Assembly: GCA_964430355.1 (NCBI GenBank) | Contig: CAYSFW010000005.1 | Coordinates: 13,177 to 77,176 of the forward strand | Length of the DNA stretch: 64,000 bases | Direction of reading: 5' to 3' | From: an uncultured Thiotrichales bacterium | GTDB taxonomy: Bacteria; Pseudomonadota; Gammaproteobacteria; UWMA-0217 | Shown here: piece after piece, positions 9,845-17,569 of the stretch | Numbering within the stretch: position 1 is the stretch's first letter | Layout of the letters: every line of letters starts with the position of its first letter | Translations under genes and position numbers: made by a program | Notes under the pieces: generated by a model | The model's input: the letters and a program-made list of their open reading frames with translations, nothing else | Told to the model about the DNA's origin: nothing | The model's database searches: none

Positions 9845-10789
9845 TCAAACCTCGAGGAGAAAATGCGTTAGCATGCCGAGCACGGCTAGCAGGAATGCCG
9901 TGCCGAGGAATTCAGGGGCACGGAACAGCCGCAGCTTGGCCAAAACGGCTTCGATCAGTGCCAGCGCAGCTCCGCCAATGATCATCTTCGACACAAGGGC
10001 GAGCATTGCCAAAGGGATGTCGGCCAGCTCACCCCGGGGCGCGATGCCCCATGGCACGAACAGCGCGATCCCCAATGTCGAATAGGTGAACAGTTTCAGC
10101 GCGACCGTCCACTCGAGAAGTGCGAGATGGCGGCCGGAATACTCAAGAATGGCAGCCTCGTGGATCATCGTTAGCTCCAAGTGTGTCGTGGGGTTGTCCA
10201 CCGGGATGCGAGCATTTTCCGCCACCGAGATCATCCAGAAGGACACGGCCGCAAACGCGAGGCTTGGATAGATGACAAATTGCTTGTGCGCAAGCGTCTC
10301 GACGATCGTGGGTAATTCCGTCGACGCCGATATGAGGCTGGCAGTGAAGAACACCATCAGCAATGCAGGTTCAGCCAAAAACGCGATGAGCATTTCGCGG
10401 CGTGCCCCGAGCGTTCCGAATGATGTTCCGATGTCCATCGCTGCAAGCGCAAGGAACATTCGCGCCAGCGCAAAAAGCCCAACGAGGGCGATAGCGTCGG
10501 CGGCAGGAGAAAATGGCAGATCGTTCGCAATGGTCGGGACGATGCCAGCCGCGAGTGCCATGCACGCAAATTTTACGTATGGGGCAAAACGGAACAGGGG
10601 CGAAGCGTCGTGCGCTATGACTGCATCCTTGTGAAACAGCTTGCGGAGAGTGCGGTAGGACTGCGTCAAGGGCGGCGGCGTACGCCCTTGGAGTAGTGCC
10701 CGGCATTGATTGACCCAGCCCATCAACAGCGGGGCCAGAGCAATAGCAATGAGTGTCTGAAATACTTGAAGGAGGATGCCGGTGGTCAT
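9845..10789 (-). CDS. NuoH/HycD/HyfC-like membrane subunit
   Basis: Polytopic protein in hycD/nuoH order. Start taken at MTTGILLQ. Confidence 0.7.
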   Translation of the reverse strand: MTTGILLQVFQTLIAIALAPLLMGWVNQCRALLQGRTPPPLTQSYRTLRKLFHKDAVIAHDASPLFRFAPYVKFACMALAAGIVPTIANDLPFSPAADAIALVGLFALARMFLALAAMDIGTSFGTLGARREMLIAFLAEPALLMVFFTASLISASTELPTIVETLAHKQFVIYPSLAFAAVSFWMISVAENARIPVDNPTTHLELTMIHEAAILEYSGRHLALLEWTVALKLFTYSTLGIALFVPWGIAPRGELADIPLAMLALVSKMIIGGAALALIEAVLAKLRLFRAPEFLGTAFLLAVLGMLTHFLLEV

Positions 10790-10793
10790 GCGT

Positions 10794-12806
10794 TCACCGT
10801 GAGACGAATGCAAGTAGGAACAGCAGCGTGGCAAAGCTGTAAATCAGATACCACTGGATGCGCCCATGTTGTAATCGACCGGCCAGCTCGGAAAGCGACT
10901 CAGCCAGTTTGGCGATCGGCAGGTAGATGAAAAACCAAATCTTGTCGAGTGATGCGCCTCTATAGCGGGGGTGGCGATCAAAGGGGTCGGGCCGCTCGCG
11001 CTCCACTTTCATGAACGGCTCAAAGATGTGCCGGATGGGTTGTCCAAAGCCTTCAGCAGTATCCTGCATACGCGCATCCTGCTCCGGGTATCCGCAATCC
11101 CAGGGATCACTGCGCCTGACACGACCGTGATAGAAATGCCGTACACCGAGGAAAGTCAACAGCAGCACGATCGCAACGACTGCGAGGAAAACCAAGGGGG
11201 CATAACTTGCGCGCTCGGCCGACACCGGTGCCAGCAGGATCCAGCTCGTGGTCTGGGGTAGGGTGTGCCCCGTCAGCAACCGGGCGACCGGATTCAGCCA
11301 GGAAATGACGACAGTGGGAAACAAGCCAAGCAGTACGCAGCCCGCCGCGAACCAGAGCATGCCTACACGCTCCCGCCAGCTTGCCTCGTGCGCGTGCCGC
11401 AGCGCGGGGTGTCTGGGCTGACCGAGAAAGATCACGCCGTAGAATTTCACCATCACATAGGCCGCCAGTGCCGCGGCCAGGATGACGGACGCTGTGGCGA
11501 CGGGAATGACCATGTTCAGATACGATTGGGACAGTCCAGGGGTCATGAGGAACGCCTGGAGCAGCAGCCATTCGGAGACGAAGCCGTTTAGCGGTGGTAG
11601 CCCGGCGATGGCAAAGATACCAATAAGAACGAGCCAAGCTGTCCATGGCATGGCGCGCATCAAGCCGCCAAGCTGCCCCATGCGGCGCTCGCCCGTGGCG
11701 TGCAGCACAGAGCCCGTGCCAACGAATAGCAGACTCTTGAAAAAGGCATGATTCAACGTGTGGTAGAGAAGCGCCGTCAAACTCAACGCCGCGAGCGTTC
11801 CTTTGCCGTCGGTGTGGAAGATGAGCGTCAGGCCCAGCGCGGCGATCAGAACGCCTATGTTCTCGATCGACGACCATGCCAGCAGCCGTTTCATGTCGGA
11901 TTGGACAGCCGCAAAAATCACACCGTAGAGGGCCGTGACCAGGCCCACCGTCAATGTCAATGTGCCCCACCAGGTGAGCTGCACGTTCAGGAGATCGAAC
12001 GTTACCCGCAGGAGGCCGTAGATCGCGGTCTTGAGCATGACCCCCGACATCAATGCCGAGACCGGCGAGGGTGCAGCTGGGTGCGCTTCCGGCAGCCAGA
12101 TGTGCAGTGGAACGAGACCGGCTTTCGCACCGAAACCAAACAGCGCGAGCAAGTACGCGATAGACGCCCAGAATGGCGAAAGCTCGGCAAACCGAATGTG
12201 TTCGAACGTGTAGGCGCCATGACCGCCCTGTAGAACACCAAAGCAGAGCAGGAGAGATACGGCACCGACGTGCGCGATCAGCAGATAAAGGAAGCCGGCC
12301 CGCCTGATTTCGGCGATTTGGTGATCGGATGTGACCAGGAAATACGACGACAACGCCATCAACTCCCATGAAACCATAAAGGCGTAGGCGTCATCGGCTA
12401 GCAAAACGAGGACCATGCCAGCCAGGAACAGGAAATACCAAGTGGACAGCAGTGCGAAAGGTTGATCCGCCATCGAGCGGAAGTACCCGTACCCGAAGAC
12501 CGTCGTGCCGAAGGCGGCCGCACCAAGCAAGGTCAGGAAGAAAGCGGAGAGCGCGTCCAGGCGTAAGTGAAACGGCAGCTCAGGCAACCCAAGGGGGAGC
12601 ACCAGTGTCGTCGCCGGACTCATCAGCCCGAGGACGCCAACGCTGGCGATGAAGAGCGCGCCAAGGCCCCCAAGCGGAAATATCAAACGTCTGGCCACAG
12701 TGATGCGCTGAGTCAAGACGGCGGTGGCCGCGAGGAGCAGCCAGAACAAGACGCCCAAGGCCGCGAGGTTTACCGTGCCCAATCCCAGAGACTGCATAGT
12801 TGCCAT
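10794..12806 (-). CDS. NuoL/HyfB-like antiporter subunit (first gene of the operon)
   Basis: 671 aa with 'WLPEAH' (WLPxAH-type) and 'ENIG' antiporter-subunit motifs. ATG at 12806; the tracked ORF begins at GTG 12809. Confidence 0.8.
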   Translation of the reverse strand: MATMQSLGLGTVNLAALGVLFWLLLAATAVLTQRITVARRLIFPLGGLGALFIASVGVLGLMSPATTLVLPLGLPELPFHLRLDALSAFFLTLLGAAAFGTTVFGYGYFRSMADQPFALLSTWYFLFLAGMVLVLLADDAYAFMVSWELMALSSYFLVTSDHQIAEIRRAGFLYLLIAHVGAVSLLLCFGVLQGGHGAYTFEHIRFAELSPFWASIAYLLALFGFGAKAGLVPLHIWLPEAHPAAPSPVSALMSGVMLKTAIYGLLRVTFDLLNVQLTWWGTLTLTVGLVTALYGVIFAAVQSDMKRLLAWSSIENIGVLIAALGLTLIFHTDGKGTLAALSLTALLYHTLNHAFFKSLLFVGTGSVLHATGERRMGQLGGLMRAMPWTAWLVLIGIFAIAGLPPLNGFVSEWLLLQAFLMTPGLSQSYLNMVIPVATASVILAAALAAYVMVKFYGVIFLGQPRHPALRHAHEASWRERVGMLWFAAGCVLLGLFPTVVISWLNPVARLLTGHTLPQTTSWILLAPVSAERASYAPLVFLAVVAIVLLLTFLGVRHFYHGRVRRSDPWDCGYPEQDARMQDTAEGFGQPIRHIFEPFMKVERERPDPFDRHPRYRGASLDKIWFFIYLPIAKLAESLSELAGRLQHGRIQWYLIYSFATLLFLLAFVSR

Positions 12807-12831
12807 CACTTCTGCTCGATCGCTTTGATTC

Positions 12832-12848
12832 GGTGGCTATTAGCCACC
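12832..12848. promoter_or_regulatory. 17-bp perfect palindrome GGTGGCTA-T-TAGCCACC, 26 nt upstream of the Ehr operon start codon
   Basis: Read directly from the sequence. Could be a regulator site or a 5'-UTR hairpin. Palindromes with 8-bp arms are expected several times by chance in 64 kb. Confidence 0.3.
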
Positions 12849-13085
12849 ACGCTTCCGTATCCGTCAGATGCTTGCAAAACCGCTAACTGTGTTGGGTCCA
12901 GCGGACCGGGAAAGTCCCTCCGCGGCCGGCGCAGCCATTCGGAGCTCGGCAAGCCTTGCACGCGATCGTGGTTATTGTATCCCCAGCGCAACGGTCCTGT
13001 CTGGGCCAGAGTCGCCTCGGTACACCTTGATCGCCCGCGTCTTGCATCACTGGGCTCAAGCGTCGCACGGGACCAATGACCTGCC

Positions 13086-14825
13086 CTAGGTGGACCCGGG
13101 TTGCGCGTGACTGCGGTGGCTGAACAGCGGACGCTCATGCTCCTCGACGCCGAGGCGGCGGTAGATGTCCTCCAGTGCCATGTCCTCGGTCGCGAAGATG
13201 TTCTCCTCACCGATGAGATCGCGCAGGTGCGTATTGCGCATGACCTCCAGGACCTGGCGCTTCAGTCCGCTCATCAGCAGCGTGATGCCGTTGCTGCGAA
13301 GCCGTTCGGTCAGGTGGTGCAGCACCTCTTCGCCGGAGGCGTCGAGCTGGTTGATGCCGTCGCCGACGATAAGCACGAACTTGGCATTCGGTTTATCCGC
13401 GACCGCAGTCAGAATCGAGTCTTCGAAGTACGAGACGTTGGCGAAGTAGAGTGAGCCGTCGAACCGGATAATGATGATGCGCGGATCGGTTGGCAGCGTC
13501 GGGTGCACGGCCAGGTCGCGCAGCGTGCCGTCGTTGAAGCGGCCGAGATGCGCTACCCGGGGTTTCATGGTGCGGTAGAGGAATAGACCGATGGCGAGCC
13601 CAGCGCCGACCAGGATCCCGTTGTCGAGGTGCGGGGCGAAGGCCAGCGTCGCAATGAAGGTGATGACCGATGCGATGCCGTCGTGCTTGCTCGCCTGCCA
13701 GGCGTGCTTGATCGCTTTGAAGTTCACCAGACCAATGACCGCCATCATGATCACGGCGGCCAACACCGCCTGGGGCAGGTGGTAGAGCAACGGCGTCAAG
13801 AACAGGAGCGTCAAGAGTACGAGCAGCGCCGTGAATACCGAGGACATCCCGGTCTTGGCGCCTGCATTCAGGTTCACCGCCGAGCGAGAGAACGATCCGG
13901 AGACTGGATAAGCCTGCGTGAAGCTGCCGACGATGTTGGCAAGCCCTTGCCCAACGAGCTCCTGATTGGGATCGATACGATCCCGGGTCTTGGCGGCCAT
14001 GGCCTTGGCGATCGAGATGGCCTCCATGAATCCGACCAGCGAGATGACAAAAGCCGAGGAGATCAACTGCATGATCACTGCCAGGTCAAAGGTCGGTAGC
14101 GCAAACGAGGGCAACCCCTTGGGGATGTCGCCCACCACGGCGCCGCCGAGCTGCTTGTAGCCGATCGCCCAGCTTACGGCGGTGGTCAAGGCAACGGCAA
14201 TGAGCACGCCGGGCAGTTTGGGTGCGAACCTCTTCAGGCCCCACATGATCGCAAAGGCCGCCACGCCGAACACCAACGTCAGCAGGTGGGTGTTTCCGAT
14301 CTGCTGCAGCACGCCCCAGATGTCGACCATGAAGTGCTCGCTGCGGCCCATCTTCACGCCAAAGATCTTCGACAGCTGCGACAGCCCGATGATGATCGCT
14401 GCGGCGTTGGTGAAGCCGACTATCACCGGGTGTGAGAGAAAGTTCACCACCACGCCAAGCCTGAACACGCCGAGCAGCAGTTGGATAATGCCGACCAGGA
14501 GCGCCAGCAGGATCGCGAGCGCAACGAACTGCTCGGAACCGGCTGCGGCGAGCGGCGCTAGCGCCGAGGCGGTCAACAGCGACACGACGGCAACCGGACC
14601 GGTCGCAAGCTGGTGCGACGAACCGAACATGGCCGCAACGGCGACGGGCAGGAAGGCGGCGTAAAGCCCATAGAACGCAGGCAGGCCAGCGAGCTGTGCA
14701 TAGGCCATTGACTGCGGGATTAGTACCAGCGCGACGGTGATGCCAGCGATCAGATCGCTGCGCACCGTTTCGGCGCGCAAGGGAAACCAGCGCAGGAATG
14801 GGATGAAGCGGGCAAGGTCGTTCAT
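13086..14825 (-). CDS. SulP-family sulfate permease with C-terminal STAS domain
   Basis: 'AYAQLAGLPAFYGLY' SulP signature, multiple transmembrane segments, and a C-terminal STAS domain ('IIIRFDGSLYFAN'). Confidence 0.85.
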   Translation of the reverse strand: MNDLARFIPFLRWFPLRAETVRSDLIAGITVALVLIPQSMAYAQLAGLPAFYGLYAAFLPVAVAAMFGSSHQLATGPVAVVSLLTASALAPLAAAGSEQFVALAILLALLVGIIQLLLGVFRLGVVVNFLSHPVIVGFTNAAAIIIGLSQLSKIFGVKMGRSEHFMVDIWGVLQQIGNTHLLTLVFGVAAFAIMWGLKRFAPKLPGVLIAVALTTAVSWAIGYKQLGGAVVGDIPKGLPSFALPTFDLAVIMQLISSAFVISLVGFMEAISIAKAMAAKTRDRIDPNQELVGQGLANIVGSFTQAYPVSGSFSRSAVNLNAGAKTGMSSVFTALLVLLTLLFLTPLLYHLPQAVLAAVIMMAVIGLVNFKAIKHAWQASKHDGIASVITFIATLAFAPHLDNGILVGAGLAIGLFLYRTMKPRVAHLGRFNDGTLRDLAVHPTLPTDPRIIIIRFDGSLYFANVSYFEDSILTAVADKPNAKFVLIVGDGINQLDASGEEVLHHLTERLRSNGITLLMSGLKRQVLEVMRNTHLRDLIGEENIFATEDMALEDIYRRLGVEEHERPLFSHRSHAQPGST

Positions 14826-14831
14826 GATGGC

Positions 14832-15212
14832 CTAAAGTTCTTTGGGTAAATCAGGATGGTCGGACGCCGCAACCAATGGGCACTCCAGCTTAGCCCACGG
14901 GTCGCCGCCGTCTGTAGCCCAGGCAGCGGGGCGCCCCACGACCACTGTCGTAACACACTCGTGCAGTCGCGCGTGTTCGACCACGTAACGGGCATCAAGC
15001 CCTTCGATGGGTGTCAGGTGGCACTGCACGCCACCCTCCTCGAGGGCGGCGAGTCTGGATTCAATAACCGACCAGTCGGTGCGGGCAGGATCGGCCAGCA
15101 CTTCGAGATCGGCATCCATGCGCCTGCAGAGCGCAGCGCCAACCGATAGCAGCCGATCCACGGGTGAGATCGGGCGCAAGGCGACGACGACTCGGCGTTT
15201 CACCGGTTTCAT
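14832..15212 (-). CDS. universal-stress-protein-like small protein, co-oriented immediately upstream of SulP
   Basis: 'RRVVVALRP...' and 'VVVGRPA...ECPLVAA' resemble the UspA fold pattern. Weak call. Confidence 0.4.
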   Translation of the reverse strand: MKPVKRRVVVALRPISPVDRLLSVGAALCRRMDADLEVLADPARTDWSVIESRLAALEEGGVQCHLTPIEGLDARYVVEHARLHECVTTVVVGRPAAWATDGGDPWAKLECPLVAASDHPDLPKEL

Positions 15213-15761
15213 GCCGACCGTGCAACCGGGGTCAGTCCAGCACGAACCGCCGCAGCGCCATCGAGTGTCGCGGGGACATGAAAGCACCCCGACGCAAGGC
15301 GGGTCTGCCCAGCCGCGATCGCTGAGGCATTGTACCCGGTGCGTCGAGGGGTCTGGGTGCGGAATGTCATGTTTGACCTATACGGCAAAGCAGTTTTGTC
15401 GATGGGACCGCCATTAGCAGTTTGCGTGCCAAGTAAGGGCACTGGCCTACATCATTGAAATGGCACATGGATGATGCCCAGCCATACCGGCTTCGTATTG
15501 CGATATGCAACATCCCTGTTACACTGCGCGACACTGGTCGGTCGCCGCATGAAACGAGTGGGCCAGAGGCGGCATCCATGGTAGCCGGGGATGGATCGTC
15601 ACCGGAGGGGCCGTCGGTGTTCAGGGGATTGGCACGTCAGCCCTGTGAGCCGCACCTCCAGCCGCGTGCATACGGGACCGTGCCGTGACTTTGCGTTTTC
15701 GTCGCGGCTACGCAGGTACTGGCCCAGCGACTGCGCCGGACGCTCGACGTTGCAGAAACCC

Positions 15762-17132
15762 ATGACCCAAGGATCACCCATGACCGGCCGACTACTTCTG
15801 GTCGACGCCGAGCGCGTCCCGCTCGACCGGCTCGAAAGCTCCCTGACTGCTGCAGGCCACAGGGTCACGGCGGTGCGCAGTGGCCGTCATGCCCTCGCGC
15901 TGATCGATACCGAGCCTTTCGACGTGGTGATCGCCGACTTGTCGGGTGAGGATCTGGACGGTATGCAGTTACTGCGGCGCTCCAAGGCGCTGCAGCCCGA
16001 CCTGGAGGTGATCCTGTTCGCGGCCAATGCCAGGCTGGAGGTGGCGGTGGAGGCCATGAGGGAAGGAGCTTTTCATTTCCTGGCAGGACCCGTCCAGCCC
16101 AATGCGGTGCGCGCCGCCGTCTCTGAGGCGTTGGAGCGCGTCCGCCGCAAACAGGAGCGGCAAGCCCTGCGCGCGCAACTGCGCGCGGTCGCCGGACAGA
16201 CCCGGGTCATCACGCGCGATGGCGGGATGCAGAAGCTCCTCGAGATGGCGCGCCAGGTAGCCCCGACTGGCTGCAACGTCCTCATCACGGGCGAGTCCGG
16301 CACCGGCAAAGAGCTGTTTGCCCGCTATCTGCACGAGCACGGTTGTTGCGGATCAGGCCCTTTCGTGGCGGTCAACTGCGGGGCATTCAATGAAGAACTG
16401 CTCGCCAACGAGCTATTCGGGCACGAAAAGGGCGCCTTCACGGGGGCCGTGGGCAAGACGGGCCTGCTGGTTGCCGCCAGCGGCGGCACCTTGTTTCTCG
16501 ATGAGGTCACCGAGATGTCGCCGGCGATGCAAGTCAAGCTACTTCGCGCGATCCAGGAGCGGGAGGTGTTGCCGCTGGGCTCCACCACCCCGGTCAAGGT
16601 CGACGTACGCTTCATCGCGGCCAGCAACCGAAACATGAAAGAGTGGGTTGCGGAGGGCCGCTTCCGGCAGGATCTGTATTTCCGAATCAATGTCGTCAAT
16701 CTGCACATTCCCCCACTCTCACAACGTCGTGAAGATATCCCCCTACTCGCGCAGCACTTCCTGGAGCGCGCCGCGCGGGTGATGGGCAAAGGCGTGCACG
16801 CGATAGCCGAGGACGCGCTCGCGCTGCTCTCAGCCTATGACTTTCCGGGCAATGTGAGAGAGCTGGAAAACATCATTGAGCGGGGCGTCGCCCTGTGTCT
16901 CGGCGACACGCTACAGGCCGCCCATCTGCCGGACGACCTGCGCGATCTCAGCATCCGCGCCTTCCGCCGACGCGATGGCCGCGTGGTCCCGCTCGAAGAG
17001 TGGGAACGCGAGTACATCTTGTGGGTGCTTGACCAGGCGCACGGTAACCAGACGCTCGCCGCGCAGATGCTCGGTATCGACCGCGTCTCGCTATGGCGCA
17101 AGCTCAAGCGCTACGATGGTGGGAGGGACTAG
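15762..17132 (+). CDS. sigma-54-dependent response regulator (NtrC family: receiver + AAA+ + HTH)
   Basis: 'ITGESGTGKE' Walker A and 'GAFTGA' sigma-54 interaction motif. N-terminal receiver domain ('DVVIADL') and C-terminal HTH. Confidence 0.85.
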   Translation: MTQGSPMTGRLLLVDAERVPLDRLESSLTAAGHRVTAVRSGRHALALIDTEPFDVVIADLSGEDLDGMQLLRRSKALQPDLEVILFAANARLEVAVEAMREGAFHFLAGPVQPNAVRAAVSEALERVRRKQERQALRAQLRAVAGQTRVITRDGGMQKLLEMARQVAPTGCNVLITGESGTGKELFARYLHEHGCCGSGPFVAVNCGAFNEELLANELFGHEKGAFTGAVGKTGLLVAASGGTLFLDEVTEMSPAMQVKLLRAIQEREVLPLGSTTPVKVDVRFIAASNRNMKEWVAEGRFRQDLYFRINVVNLHIPPLSQRREDIPLLAQHFLERAARVMGKGVHAIAEDALALLSAYDFPGNVRELENIIERGVALCLGDTLQAAHLPDDLRDLSIRAFRRRDGRVVPLEEWEREYILWVLDQAHGNQTLAAQMLGIDRVSLWRKLKRYDGGRD

Positions 17133-17389
17133 GGGCCATGCTGATGGAATGACTGATCGGGCGGAACGCTGCATCGCGAGGTGCTCGCTGCGTGTATGTC
17201 AACAGGATGTGTGTCGTCGCCGAGCCGTGTGCCAGGTGTTCCATCCCGTTCGTCCCAGCAGTCCGCGTTACCTTGGTTCGCAGGGTGCGACCCTGCCTCA
17301 CCCCGCCGCGCCCGCACGCCCGGCGCCTTCGATAGACCGCTTGGCCGGCTGGCATCCACCCGTGATAGTGATCGTCACAATCAAGGTTT

Positions 17390-17406
17390 ATATTGCAGTG
17401 CAATAT
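17390..17406. promoter_or_regulatory. AT-rich perfect palindrome ATATTGCA-G-TGCAATAT, 165 nt upstream of pat
   Basis: Read directly. It is preceded by GTGAT-A-GTGAT-CGTCAC. Unusual AT-rich symmetry in GC-rich DNA. Confidence 0.3.
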
Positions 17407-17569
17407 GTATGTCGGTGTTTGCCCCATTCGGCTCGAGGCCGGATGGATACCCGGCGGCAGGTAGTAAGCGGCCGATGGTTTCAATCGGCGCAGCAACCGG
17501 GCAATCGTGGCATAGGGTAACGCCACCGCGTGACGGGAAGCCGCCCCAAAACGTCTCAGGGACCTGTCT

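Noticed and set aside
15440-15700. Possible sigma-54 promoters (TGGCAC-like strings at about 15466 and about 15630) upstream of the NtrC-like gene
   Set aside because: The GG/GC spacing does not fit the -24/-12 consensus (GC element displaced by 2-3 nt).
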